Source of the DNA: Candidatus Moraniibacteriota bacterium
Lineage (GTDB): Bacteria > Patescibacteriota > Minisyncoccia > Moranbacterales > UBA1568
Assembly: GCA_013336285.1 (NCBI GenBank)
Contig: JAAXTX010000006.1
Span: forward strand, 1-42,904
Length of the DNA: 42,904 bases
Direction of reading: 5' to 3'
A program made the translations under genes and the position numbers. How positions within the stretch are numbered: the first letter of the stretch is position 1; each line of letters starts with the position of its first letter. The notes beneath the pieces were generated by a model. It did not search any database. It was given only the letters and a program-made list of their open reading frames with translations, and had not been told where the DNA came from. Below, in pieces: positions 18,740 to 28,563 of this stretch.

Positions 18740-19018
18740 ATGTCGACAACGAATGTTAGGCCGCTTGGTGAGAATGTACTGATCGCACCTGAGAAACCGG
18801 AGAAGAAAACGACCGCCGGCATATATCTTCCGGATAACGCCTCGGAAGAACGCCCGCAGCAGGGCAAGGTTATCGGGATCGGCGACAGCGAAAAGATCAA
18901 GGTGAAAAAAGGGCAGACCGTTATCTATACCCGATACGGTGGGACGGAGGTTAAGATTGACGGGGAAGACTACCTCATCGTCACCGTAAAGGATTTGCTC
19001 GCCGTCGTGGAAAGGTAG
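18740..19018 (+). CDS. groES: Co-chaperonin GroES
   Basis: RPLGENVLI, TTAGIYLP, PQQGKVIGIG, YGGTEVKIDGEDYLI; alternative start at 18731. Confidence 0.97.
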   Translation: MSTTNVRPLGENVLIAPEKPEKKTTAGIYLPDNASEERPQQGKVIGIGDSEKIKVKKGQTVIYTRYGGTEVKIDGEDYLIVTVKDLLAVVER

Positions 19019-19032
19019 GAAGAATGGAACGC

Positions 19033-19063
19033 AAAAAAACAACCCCGCTTAGCGGGGTTGTTT
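19033..19063. terminator. Bidirectional intrinsic terminator between groES and the rhodanese gene
   Basis: AAACAACCCCGC-TTA-GCGGGGTTGTTT. Confidence 0.85.
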
Positions 19064-19086
19064 GTAAGCTGTTAGGAAGAAACGTA

Positions 19087-19872
19087 TCAATTTCCGGTGA
19101 CCCCGGCGCATCCGCCATCAAGTGTCTTTACGGTGTAGAAACCTAGGTCGAAAAGGCGGACGGCAGCCAAAAACGCTTCAAGGCCGTTCTCGCCGCACAG
19201 GGCGATATTGGTTGCCGGAGGGATCTCATCGCGGCGTGATTCGATATCGTTGAGGGGGATTCGAAGGGCTCCTTCCACAGGCGTCCCGCCGGATCGGACA
19301 TCGAGAAGCCGATATCGTATCTCGGTGCCCTTAAGCAATACGGTGAATTCGTCAGGGGTGACGAGGGTAACCTTTGACTGATCCGCGGATGAAGACGGAT
19401 CTCCATAGGTTATGACGGTTCCTCCCGCTGACTGCCATCCGACGATGCCGTCCTTGATCGAGGCGTATCGTGTTTTTGTCGAATCAAGCGCTTCCCGTAT
19501 CTTCTGAAGATTTTCGTCCGTATCCGGGGCTATGATGAATATCTCGTCACCTTCCAACAGATCGAGTTTGGACACTCCGTCGGCGTCCATGCGAGTCGAT
19601 CCGGGAATATGAATGGCCTGATACGAATCGATACTTCGAAAATCGAATATCCGCGGCGGATTCGATGTGAATACCTTTCTCAGGATTTCTTTCGCGTCGA
19701 GAACGGGAAACGTCCCCGTCTGTTCCTGTGATACGGATACGGCCGTCCGATCGTCGGATTTGTCCTTGAAGAACATGCCCTTCACTACGAAGAACGCGAT
19801 AACTGCTATCACGAGGCCGAAGCCGACTAACATTGTCAGCAAATCCTGCTTTTTTATGGACTGCTTTTCCAT
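19087..19872 (-). CDS. Membrane-anchored tandem rhodanese-domain protein
   Basis: N-terminal TM; DFR...HIPGS and LDVR...LDGG motifs; a Cys only in the second active-site loop (LCGENG). Confidence 0.8.
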   Translation of the reverse strand: MEKQSIKKQDLLTMLVGFGLVIAVIAFFVVKGMFFKDKSDDRTAVSVSQEQTGTFPVLDAKEILRKVFTSNPPRIFDFRSIDSYQAIHIPGSTRMDADGVSKLDLLEGDEIFIIAPDTDENLQKIREALDSTKTRYASIKDGIVGWQSAGGTVITYGDPSSSADQSKVTLVTPDEFTVLLKGTEIRYRLLDVRSGGTPVEGALRIPLNDIESRRDEIPPATNIALCGENGLEAFLAAVRLFDLGFYTVKTLDGGCAGVTGN

Positions 19873-19933
19873 ATTATTTCGTTTTTATATTCACGCTCTC
19901 ATTATACACCATATTTCGGCGAATTCTGATTCG

Positions 19934-20956
19934 TTAACCGAGTACGCTGCCGATAAGGTCCGGGCGACCGTTAAGGAAGTCCCTGATAGGCATCGGGCTT
20001 TTTCCTTCCGCTTGAATCTCTTCCACGAAGATGAGTCCTTCGCCCGTTTGTATCGCGATCTTTTCCCCGGATTCGAATACTTCGCCGAATTCACGCCTCA
20101 CGGCAGGATCTGTCCTCTGTATCGAAATGCGGGTTAATTTGAGTCGGATGAAGCCCTCATCCTTTTGTTTCCAGAATGAGAATATTCCTGGCCAAGGAGT
20201 AAGGCCTCGATAACGGTTCCAGATTTCCAGAGCCGTGGAATTCCAGAAGATACGTCCATCCTCACGTTCGATAAGCTGACATACCGTAGCCTGCGAACCG
20301 TCCTGAGCCTTCGGTTCGATGTACCGTTCAACCCACCCTGGAAGTGTTTCCGAGAGTATCTCGGTACCGACTCCTGCGAGTTTCTCGAGAAGCGTTCTAT
20401 TGGTGTCATCGAAGGATATCGCCGTTTTTTTTGCGGACAGGATGTCACCGGTATCGATCCCTTCATCCATCAGCATGATCGTGACCCCGGTTTCGGTATC
20501 GCCTGCGAGCAGGGCATTCTGTATCGGGGAAGCGCCGCGCCAACGCGGGAGGAGAGAAGCATGTACGTTGACGCAACCGAAACCAGGCAGGTCGAGCACG
20601 GCCTTCGGAAGGATTTTCCCATACGCCGCGACGATTATGAGATCCGGCTTGTATCCGCGGAGTGTCGCAATCACATCGGTATCGAACCGAGACGGCTGTT
20701 CCACGGGAATACCGCGCGTCAGGGCGATCTGCTTCACTGGTGAAGGGACGATCTTCCTGTCCCGACCGGACTCCCTGTCTGGCTTCGTATAGGCGGCGAC
20801 GATATGATAGCCGGCATCGAGAAGCGAAGAAAATATCTTACCTGAAAAATCCGGCGTTCCCATGAAGACGACTCTGACTTTCGGAACCGAAGCGGGTGCG
20901 GCGGATTTGTGAGGGGCTGACTTTTTTGATTTCCGAGGTATGGTGTCAGAGCGCAT
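19934..20956 (-). CDS. fmt: Methionyl-tRNA formyltransferase
   Basis: FMGTPDF, AAYGKILP, NVHASLLPRWRGASPIQ, TGVTIMLMDEGIDTG. Confidence 0.96.
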   Translation of the reverse strand: MRSDTIPRKSKKSAPHKSAAPASVPKVRVVFMGTPDFSGKIFSSLLDAGYHIVAAYTKPDRESGRDRKIVPSPVKQIALTRGIPVEQPSRFDTDVIATLRGYKPDLIIVAAYGKILPKAVLDLPGFGCVNVHASLLPRWRGASPIQNALLAGDTETGVTIMLMDEGIDTGDILSAKKTAISFDDTNRTLLEKLAGVGTEILSETLPGWVERYIEPKAQDGSQATVCQLIEREDGRIFWNSTALEIWNRYRGLTPWPGIFSFWKQKDEGFIRLKLTRISIQRTDPAVRREFGEVFESGEKIAIQTGEGLIFVEEIQAEGKSPMPIRDFLNGRPDLIGSVLG

Positions 20957-21416
20957 AGGCTTTTTTGACTGATTGGTTTCGAAAGCGGTCGATAATGAGG
21001 GTTCCCTCAAGATGATCCATCTCATGCTGAAGGACTATCGCGAGAAAACCCTCTGCGGTGACGGTCTTTTTATCCCCGTGCAAATCCTGGAAGTCGAGCG
21101 TGATGCGTTCGGATCTCTGTATGTGGAAAAATTCACCGGGCAGACTCAGACAACCCTCTTCATAAAGAATCGTCTCATCGGACATCTCGACGATTATCGG
21201 GTTGAGGAATACGGATACTTTGCCACCAACCTCGATTACGAACAGTCTGATGGAGCGGCCTATCTGCGGAGCGGCAAGGCCGACTCCTTCCGCGGCGTGC
21301 ATGGTCTCGATCATTTCGGAAATCAGTTTCCGGAGTTCTGCAGCGGAAGGATCCTTAATCTTCTCGGCTTTCCTATGAAGGATGGGATCTTTTTCGCCGG
21401 TCAGTATCTTCATCAT
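20946..21416 (-). CDS. def: Peptide deformylase
   Basis: GVGLAAPQIG, EGCLS, QHEMDHLEG. Confidence 0.96.
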   Translation of the reverse strand: MMKILTGEKDPILHRKAEKIKDPSAAELRKLISEMIETMHAAEGVGLAAPQIGRSIRLFVIEVGGKVSVFLNPIIVEMSDETILYEEGCLSLPGEFFHIQRSERITLDFQDLHGDKKTVTAEGFLAIVLQHEMDHLEGTLIIDRFRNQSVKKAYAL

Positions 21417-21436
21417 ACGCGTGTGGTCAGCAGCGA

Positions 21437-23407
21437 TCAAAGAATCGTAAGTGGATCGGGTTCAAAAAACCAGTTTCCGGAAAGGGAGGCAAGTATGGTT
21501 TCAAGCGATTCCGGAAAGACATCGTAAGGGGTCACGGTGACAAGAATTATCCGGGTATGCATTCCACGAATCTTCGGAATAAGTGGCCGTATCGGCATAG
21601 AGACGATTATGTTCTTTAACCCGGCTGCAGCTTCGGACAAGCGTTTACGTACATCATCTGCCGATTTCTCGGCCGCGGACTCGTCCTTGTCACGGATCCC
21701 GATCTTAAACAGCGCCGAGAATGGCGGGTACCGGAGCACTTTTCGGTCGGCAGCGGTCTTGCCGAGAAGCTCGGAAATCGAGTTTTCGGTGACCAACCTG
21801 AAATAATCACGTTCAGGATGAAAAGTCTGAAGGATAAGGAGTCCCTTCGTCGTTCCTCCCGAGGAAAGATTTCGCGCTTTCGCGACGATATGAAGGAATC
21901 GCTCATCGCCTCGGAAATCTGGCAGAGAAAGGAAATTATCCGTATCCATGATAGCAACCAGGACGGTATCGGGCAAATTGCCGACATTTAGTACCGCGGG
22001 GGTTCCGACGATGATATCGGCACGTTTTAGGGAGCGGACAAGGCCATCCGACCGGAGAACCTTATCGCTCCGTTGCGATTCCTCATCCAGGCGGACGACA
22101 CGCGCACCCGGGAAGGCACGTCTGATTTCACGTTCCACTTTTTCCGTACCCGTGCCTACCGTTCTGAACGAAAGTGATCCGCACGATTCGCATCTCGGAA
22201 AGCTCTCGGTCCGGTATGAGCATGACGGACAACGGAGATGTCCATCACGCGTCGAGCGCAAGGAACGGTCACACGAAGGGCAACGTGGAACTTTTTTACA
22301 GGTCTCACAGACGGAAAACGAGTCGAGTCCGCCCCGACTCGTTATGATGACCGATTTTCCGTTGAGTGATCTCGCGCCCGACAGGGCTGTTCTCAGGGTT
22401 TCCGAAATTATCGAATAATTCTTTTTCCACCGTTCCTCACGCATGTTGACTATCGTGATATCGGGGTCCCCGGTCCGTGCGTTTGCCGGAATCTCGACCA
22501 TGGTTCCCTTATCGATACGTGCCGAGACATCCAGGCTCGGAATAGGACCGGTGAATAAAAGCCGTGCGCCATGCAAAGACGCAAGCGTTTCACTGACGCG
22601 TCGCGCGTCGTATCTGGGGCTCATATCCCATTGTTTATATCCGAGTACCTCGGCTTCCTCTATGACGACTATGAGCGAGAGCGACTTGAACGGCGCAAAC
22701 AGCGATTGGCGGGTACCGAGTACTATGTCGGCATCCCCGGACCGGATCCTCTCCCAGGCGGTGAAGTATGCTCCGGAGGAAAGCCTGCTTCCGATGACGG
22801 CAAGTCGTTCCTTCCCGAATGCCGACGTTAGAAATTGTTCCGCGAAAGGAAGCGAGACGATCTCCGGAACCAACACGAGCAGCTGTTTCCTTTTTCCGAT
22901 TGCGTTTTTCGTCCCCGCGATGATGCGAAGTACGGAAGAAAGATCTGCACGCAGGAATCCGGACGTGCCGATGTTGAGCGTGTCTATTTCTTTTACGGAT
23001 GATTTCTCGACTTTCGCGAGTTGGATGGTTTGTATATCCGCCACCTCCAATTTTCCTTTATTGGTGCGTTCCTTTACGATCGGTGGAAGGAAATGTCGGA
23101 CTGTTTTTCCTGTCGAAGTGAGACATTCCTTGGACACCGATTCCACGAGAGCTAGCTGTTCACCCGTGAGAAAGGATTCGCGAATGACAGAACGGATTTT
23201 CTTGAAGCGGCCGCTTGGCAAGGTGTTTTCTGCGACGATATTGCAAGACAGGACGACCCCTCGCACTGTCCGCGGTCCGAACGGGATCCAGATGAGCGAT
23301 CCGTGTGGGATGGGTTCCTCCGAAAAGTACGAAAATACCTGCCGATTCCGCAGGGGAATCGGCACGACCGGCACCACGTCGCAGAAATATATCGTTTCGC
23401 CTTTCAT
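21437..23407 (-). CDS. priA: Primosomal protein N' (PriA), helicase motifs degenerate
   Basis: VLVPEI, VLGTR..LFAP, YKQ..PRY, four CxxC pairs, GTEKVE, PDFR, QT..P, YPPF; priA-def-fmt synteny. Confidence 0.9.
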   Translation of the reverse strand: MKGETIYFCDVVPVVPIPLRNRQVFSYFSEEPIPHGSLIWIPFGPRTVRGVVLSCNIVAENTLPSGRFKKIRSVIRESFLTGEQLALVESVSKECLTSTGKTVRHFLPPIVKERTNKGKLEVADIQTIQLAKVEKSSVKEIDTLNIGTSGFLRADLSSVLRIIAGTKNAIGKRKQLLVLVPEIVSLPFAEQFLTSAFGKERLAVIGSRLSSGAYFTAWERIRSGDADIVLGTRQSLFAPFKSLSLIVVIEEAEVLGYKQWDMSPRYDARRVSETLASLHGARLLFTGPIPSLDVSARIDKGTMVEIPANARTGDPDITIVNMREERWKKNYSIISETLRTALSGARSLNGKSVIITSRGGLDSFSVCETCKKVPRCPSCDRSLRSTRDGHLRCPSCSYRTESFPRCESCGSLSFRTVGTGTEKVEREIRRAFPGARVVRLDEESQRSDKVLRSDGLVRSLKRADIIVGTPAVLNVGNLPDTVLVAIMDTDNFLSLPDFRGDERFLHIVAKARNLSSGGTTKGLLILQTFHPERDYFRLVTENSISELLGKTAADRKVLRYPPFSALFKIGIRDKDESAAEKSADDVRKRLSEAAAGLKNIIVSMPIRPLIPKIRGMHTRIILVTVTPYDVFPESLETILASLSGNWFFEPDPLTIL

Positions 23408-23442
23408 AAGGCCATTATAGCAGCGCGAACCCCGCCAGAATA

Positions 23443-23471
23443 TTGACACAATATCATATTCGATATATAAT
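23443..23471 (+). promoter_or_regulatory. Consensus sigma70 promoter, back-to-back with the priA extended -10 (minus strand, 23414-23422)
   Basis: TTGACA-17-TATAAT. Confidence 0.8.
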
Positions 23472-23520
23472 AATCACTTAATTTATCAAATCAATATATG
23501 CGGAATTTCTGCGTATTTTG

Positions 23521-24131
23521 ATGAATTTTTCAGAACAGGATAAACGGGAGGTCAAAAGGAAGGCATCGTAGCAATGCTCGTGGTTCAGGAGGAACTGGTC
23601 GCTGCAAGACTCTTGCAACGCGGTTACGAAGTGTCGTGGATTCCCGGGTCCGGTTTCAGGGTACGGTTGAAACGTACGCTTGGCTCGAGTCCGGAGTACC
23701 CTATCCCGGAAGAACTTCGCGACGGAGAGCTTTTCGTCGAGCTAAGTGAGTCGATGGCCGAATGATGTTATGCCCAAACGGTCTGCGATGCTCATGGAAA
23801 TCGGTTGAAGCTAATTCAGGTCACGCCGAAAACGGACCGTAATATCGGAGGTGACGACTGCATATTCGTCGGTCCTGAACTTATCCAGGCCATCAACTAC
23901 GGCGCTTCTTACGAAACCAGCCTATACCGTTATTTCGTGAGGGTTTCGCCGGATCAGACAATCGCATATTCCGTTTGCCGTGACCTTGTCGGAGTGCGCT
24001 CCTTAGATCTCGATGATGAGGAATTCGGCATGCCAGTCCGGTTCAAGGAGATCAGTGTGACGGCGTACGAAAAAGCTCAAGGCAATTGGTCGCAGATCCA
24101 ATTTTCGATTATAGAGGATGAATTGCGATAA
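23521..24131 (+). pseudogene. Interrupted hypothetical gene (~200 aa)
   Basis: ORFs 23574-23765 and 23805-24131 are in frame, separated by a single TGA; an upstream ATG at 23521 joins with +1 A in the AAAA run at 23554-23557. Confidence 0.55.
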
Positions 24132-24294
24132 CCGCACTTCCTCGAAAAGTCATTCATGATGAATGGCTTTTTTCGATTATGTCGGTTTAGAGCGAGGCAC
24201 GTTCCTGGTGTTGGACGGGCCCGTATGGAGTGCTACCATAGAGATACGAAGTGTGGCCGTTTCTGGACACCCCCGTTTTATTTTCGTAAATTTT

Positions 24295-24585
24295 GTGATT
24301 GATCATACAAATATCCTTATAGCTTTCCTTCTCCTCTTAAATCTCGGTGCCTTTTTGACGATGCTTGTCGACAAGAACCGGTCCCGAAATGACGGAGCGG
24401 AACGGATTTCAGAAGGCATGCTGTTTTTTCTCGCGGCGGCATTCGGAAGTTTCGGAGTATATGCGGGGATGTTCGCATTCCGACACAAGACGCAGAAATG
24501 GTACTTCTTGGTCGGGATGCCTCTCCTCATGCTCCAGAATCTCGCGTTCGTATTCCTCATGAGCATATTCCTTTCCGGAAAATAG
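24295..24585 (+). CDS. DUF1294-family membrane protein
   Basis: DK.R....RISE..L......GS.G...GM..FRHKTQK; GTG start is an estimate. Confidence 0.85.
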   Translation: MIDHTNILIAFLLLLNLGAFLTMLVDKNRSRNDGAERISEGMLFFLAAAFGSFGVYAGMFAFRHKTQKWYFLVGMPLLMLQNLAFVFLMSIFLSGK

Positions 24586-24586
24586 T

Positions 24587-25585
24587 ATGGGCTTTCGTGG
24601 ACGGAAACGCATGTGGATGGCAACGGTGGCGATAACGATCGCGGCCGTCGCGGCAGTCATTATATTTTTTTCGCTGTCCTGCAGAGTCAATCTTTCCAAA
24701 AATGTTCACGGTACCGACATACCGGCGTCGGCGGAACCGTCCGCCGGGATTGTCGCCGATACGGGGGAAATCCGGTTACTGTTCGGCGGGGATATGATGT
24801 TCGACCGCTGGATCCGCGAGAAGGCGATGAAGAAGGGGAATGCCTTTGTTTTCGACGGGGTCCGCGACGAGATCCGCGGGCACGATGCGACTATCGCGAA
24901 TCTCGAAGGCCCGATCACCGATATGGGTTCGAAAAGTATCGGATCGGAAATCGGCTCGCGTGACAATTATCTTTTCACGTTCGACCCGGGTTGGGCCAAG
25001 ACTCTTGCCGAGGAGGGGATCGGTCCGGTGAACCTGGGGAACAACCACATTCTCAATCAGGAGGATGACGGCATCTCTCAGACAAGGAAATACCTTGATA
25101 CGGCGGGTGTATCGTATTTCGGCGATCCCACGAGCGATAATCGGATTTCAATTTTGGAAATTCGCGGAACGAGAATCTCATTCGTGAACTATGACGAGTT
25201 CGTTCCGGGAGGGGAGGAAAAGGCCATGACTGACATAAGGCAGGCGAGAGCATCCGCGGACTTCGTGATACTCTACGCGCACTGGGGATCGGAGTACCTT
25301 CCGGTCCGTGACGACGTCCGGTCGCTTGCTTATCGGTTCATCGACGCAGGATGCGACGCCGTCATCGGTTCCCATCCGCACATCGTCCAGGAGAAGGAAT
25401 CCTATCGGGGCGGGACGATATATTATTCCCTCGGTAACTTCATATTCGACCAGTATTTCCGAGAGGATACCCGCAAGGGCCTGCTGATCTCCATGACGAT
25501 CGATCCCGTCACGAGAGGTTTTTCATTCCGAGATATCCCGATTGTCCTCAAAGTCGACGGGAGTACGGCCGTCTACGTCCGGTAA
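24587..25585 (+). CDS. CapA/PGA_cap-family metallophosphoesterase, membrane-anchored
   Basis: GGDMM, ANLEG, LGNNH, HWGSEY, GSHPH, YSLGNFIFDQ. Confidence 0.9.
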   Translation: MGFRGRKRMWMATVAITIAAVAAVIIFFSLSCRVNLSKNVHGTDIPASAEPSAGIVADTGEIRLLFGGDMMFDRWIREKAMKKGNAFVFDGVRDEIRGHDATIANLEGPITDMGSKSIGSEIGSRDNYLFTFDPGWAKTLAEEGIGPVNLGNNHILNQEDDGISQTRKYLDTAGVSYFGDPTSDNRISILEIRGTRISFVNYDEFVPGGEEKAMTDIRQARASADFVILYAHWGSEYLPVRDDVRSLAYRFIDAGCDAVIGSHPHIVQEKESYRGGTIYYSLGNFIFDQYFREDTRKGLLISMTIDPVTRGFSFRDIPIVLKVDGSTAVYVR

Positions 25586-25593
25586 TTCGATCA

Positions 25594-25622
25594 TTGACAC
25601 CGGGTTCGGATTCGCGTAGAAT
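25594..25622 (+). promoter_or_regulatory. Putative sigma70 promoter
   Basis: TTGACA-17-TAGAAT. Confidence 0.7.
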
Positions 25623-25684
25623 CCTACATTCCGTGTGCTATCGGAATCAGATATCTTAATAATCATAAACGGGAGAAGTGACGA

Positions 25685-26443
25685 ATGACACATAGAATCG
25701 GATTCAGTACGGGAGCGACGTTCGGCTTTCGGGACCCGCTTTCGATAACGGGGATTCAGGACATGCCGATGGGCGGACAGCCGCCGAATCCGGTGGAGAT
25801 CTGTTTCAACAACACGAATGATCTGCCCGCATTTCGAAATCTTGCCATCGATCTGGCTCAAAACGAGGCGGCACTGAAAATGCTTTCCTCATCGGTCGCC
25901 TTATCCATTCATGCGCCGGCGAACGGTGTACGGTATGGGGACAATGAAATATCAGAGGCGGTGCTGGATGCCGTATGGAAAATGATGCAGGTGGTGAGAA
26001 TCGATCGCGTGGTATTCCATCCGGATGTCATAGATCATGACGGATGGGAGTTGTTTCGTTATGGGCGCTTTCCCGGTCTTGCCCTGGAAAACTCCGACAG
26101 CCGGAAACCGTTCGGACGGTCGGTTGACGATATGGCCGAACTGATCGATCGGCTCCGCTGCGGTCTGGTGCTCGATCTGGCGCATTGTTTCATGATCGAT
26201 CCGACCATGCGCTCGGCGTATGATTTCATCGACCGGCTCGGTGATCGTATCGTCGAGGTTCATCTGAGCGGAGTAGGGGAAAGTGAAGGTTCCCATGTCC
26301 CGCTGTTCAAGACGGGGCAGGATATCATCCTTGACCCGCTCAGACTGATCCCGACCGATATCCCGGTCATCGTGGAGAGCGCGTGTGCCGGTTCCGACGA
26401 TCTTGAGGCCGAGTATCGGTACATTTCCCGGCTTCTCCCATGA
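25685..26443 (+). CDS. Xylose isomerase-like/AP endonuclease 2 TIM-barrel metalloenzyme
   Basis: SIHAP, VVFHPD, LENSD, VLDLAH, EVHLS, H.PL, VIVE; GGGAG SD. Confidence 0.8.
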   Translation: MTHRIGFSTGATFGFRDPLSITGIQDMPMGGQPPNPVEICFNNTNDLPAFRNLAIDLAQNEAALKMLSSSVALSIHAPANGVRYGDNEISEAVLDAVWKMMQVVRIDRVVFHPDVIDHDGWELFRYGRFPGLALENSDSRKPFGRSVDDMAELIDRLRCGLVLDLAHCFMIDPTMRSAYDFIDRLGDRIVEVHLSGVGESEGSHVPLFKTGQDIILDPLRLIPTDIPVIVESACAGSDDLEAEYRYISRLLP

Positions 26444-26454
26444 GGTCCGCTTTT

Positions 26455-26481
26455 GCCCCCGCTTATTATGGCGGGGGTTTT
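26455..26481 (+). terminator. Intrinsic terminator
   Basis: GCCCCCGC-TTATTATG-GCGGGGGT followed by TTT. Confidence 0.7.
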
Positions 26482-26575
26482 CATCTGCCGGAGAGAAATG
26501 GACACCTGCTCTTTTCGCCGTTCTCCGTTCCTGATATCATCCGGATATCATGCCGCCTATCCTGGAGGAATATAT

Positions 26576-27166
26576 ATGATGCTTCGATACGTGATTACCT
26601 CTCTCATTGTCCTGCTCGCCAGTGCTTCCTATGCGATCGGCATAAGATCGGTTTTTCGGGGTGATTACAGGCCGAGCATCTATTCCAGGACTCTCTGGGC
26701 GCTCATCTCGTTGAATAGCTTTGTCGGTGTCCTCGCGATGCATACAAGTATCGGTATTCTAGCCTTGGCTGGAATACAGCTATGCGGATCGATCGCGATG
26801 TTCATCGGCGCACTGAAATATTCGAATCGAGAATTCGGATCACTTGAAAAGATAAGTACGGGTATTCTCGTGCTGAGTCTCGTCGTTTGGCTGGTTGCGG
26901 ATTTGCCCTTGCTGAACGTACTCATCGGCCTGATAGCACACCTTATCGGTGCGGCACCTGCGTTCACGACCGCGTGGAAAGATCCGAAATCGGAAAACTT
27001 CCCGTTCTGGCTCCTGTTTGCCATGGCCAGTCTCTTGTCCTTTCTGATGGCGGATAAGTCGGATTTTCATGATTATTCGTATGCCGCCTATTTCCTTTTT
27101 TTCGACGGCATACTGACATTGATCACTTCCCGCAAATTCCTCCGCGGGAAGTCAGTGTGTCATTAA
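26576..27166 (+). CDS. Hypothetical ~7-TM protein with internal repeat (PQ-loop/SemiSWEET-like)
   Basis: GGAGG SD; repeated loop-W pattern (RPS..S..LW and KDP.SE....W.L). Confidence 0.7.
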   Translation: MMLRYVITSLIVLLASASYAIGIRSVFRGDYRPSIYSRTLWALISLNSFVGVLAMHTSIGILALAGIQLCGSIAMFIGALKYSNREFGSLEKISTGILVLSLVVWLVADLPLLNVLIGLIAHLIGAAPAFTTAWKDPKSENFPFWLLFAMASLLSFLMADKSDFHDYSYAAYFLFFDGILTLITSRKFLRGKSVCH

Positions 27167-27233
27167 TGGGCGTCGTTTGCATTCCCTCCCTTCATCCTGC
27201 TACCCTTTCCTACATAGAACCGTATCACCAACT

Positions 27234-27788
27234 ATGAATGAACGAAGACTGTTTTTCGGCATACCGTTGTCTGAACAGACCAGGGCCCGCATCGCGAAGG
27301 AGACACAGCAGTGGGAAAGCCTGCCTTTGTTCGTCACCCGGGCGGATCATCTCCACGTGACGGTGTTCTTTTTGGGATTCGTCGTGGACGAAGTCATTCC
27401 CGACATATCCGATGTGGCACGTGAGATCTGTGCCGAAATCGAGCCGTTCGAGCTCATGTTCCGAGAGACCGTTTTCGCGCCGGATGCCGAACGTCCGAAG
27501 ATGATATGGCTTTCCGGGGACGAGAACGAGGGACTTTTGCTGCTTCGAAACGCGTTCGAGGAAGAATTCGCCGACAAACTCTCCGGGAACCTTCGATTTC
27601 GGCCGCATGTCACGCTCGCAAGGCTCAAGCGAAATCTGTTCGCATCGGTCGCGCCGGAGAGGAAAGCATCCCTTGTGAAACCATTTTCCATTTTGGAACC
27701 GGTATCTTCCGTGACGTTGTTCGAGTCCGTCGGGTCGGGAGCGCAACGGGAGTATCTGCCGATGGAGGAGTTCCCGCTTGGGGAATGA
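27234..27788 (+). CDS. thpR: RNA 2',3'-cyclic phosphodiesterase (2H phosphoesterase)
   Basis: RLFFGI, HVT..FLG, FRPHVTLAR, LFES. Confidence 0.9.
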   Translation: MNERRLFFGIPLSEQTRARIAKETQQWESLPLFVTRADHLHVTVFFLGFVVDEVIPDISDVAREICAEIEPFELMFRETVFAPDAERPKMIWLSGDENEGLLLLRNAFEEEFADKLSGNLRFRPHVTLARLKRNLFASVAPERKASLVKPFSILEPVSSVTLFESVGSGAQREYLPMEEFPLGE

Positions 27789-28563
27789 TACTTATGACAT
27801 GGACAGCACTATGGAAACGAAGAACGGATGTTCCGTGCTCGGTGTCGCCTTCGATGGCCGTTCTCAGGAGGAATTGGAAAAGGTGATCGGGACGTATATT
27901 TCCGGAGATAGATTCGGACGGATCACGACGATCAATCCTGAATTTCTGGTTCTCGCGCATCGTGATGCCGCGTTCGGGGACGTGCTTCGGGCTGCGGATG
28001 TCCGTGTCGCGGACGGATCGGGGGTCGTGCTTGCCGGGCTTCTTTTCGGCTGCGGACTCTCGCGGTATCCGGGAGCGGATCTCATGAAATTCATACTTTC
28101 GAAGGCGGAACGTGAGGGCATCGACGTGTATGTCGCGACGAAAAAGGACGGACTGTCCATATATGAGGATGTCCGCAAGGCGCTTCTTATGGAGTATCCC
28201 GATCTTCGTCTGAACGGGGAGGATATGGATTCCGATTCGAAGCAGGTTCCATCCGGTATTCGAGATGCCATGGTCGTTCTCTGTAATTTCGGTGCGCCCG
28301 AACAGGAGTATTTTCTCGAATCGCTCCGTCGTGATCCTGGCTCCGTCCGACTCGCTGTGGGCGTCGGGGGAGCGTTCGACTTCGTGACCGGGAAACGGTC
28401 GCGGGCACCGCGATGGATGCGTGCCATGGGATTGGAATGGATTTTCCGTTTCGCGATACAGCCGTCCCGTGTGGGGCGTATATGGTCGGCAGTGGTCATT
28501 TTTCCATTCCTCCTGCTTTCTGATAGGATAAGTAATGCGTATCGAACGGAAAGAAACCGATAA
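27778..28563 (+). CDS. WecB/TagA/CpsF-family (GT26) glycosyltransferase
   Basis: TINPE, ADGSG, GADL, GAPEQE, GVGGAFD, RAP.WM..GLEW..R...QPSR; start may be 27799 or 27811. Confidence 0.92.
   Translation: MGNDTYDMDSTMETKNGCSVLGVAFDGRSQEELEKVIGTYISGDRFGRITTINPEFLVLAHRDAAFGDVLRAADVRVADGSGVVLAGLLFGCGLSRYPGADLMKFILSKAEREGIDVYVATKKDGLSIYEDVRKALLMEYPDLRLNGEDMDSDSKQVPSGIRDAMVVLCNFGAPEQEYFLESLRRDPGSVRLAVGVGGAFDFVTGKRSRAPRWMRAMGLEWIFRFAIQPSRVGRIWSAVVIFPFLLLSDRISNAYRTERNR

Noticed and set aside
23763-23765. Genetic code 25 (TGA=Gly) or selenocysteine, suggested by in-frame TGAs here and at 36147-36149
   Set aside because: Many conserved genes end in TGA at the expected position (def, priA, thpR, nadK, ATGA overlaps) and none has internal TGAs; no SECIS-like hairpin was recognised.
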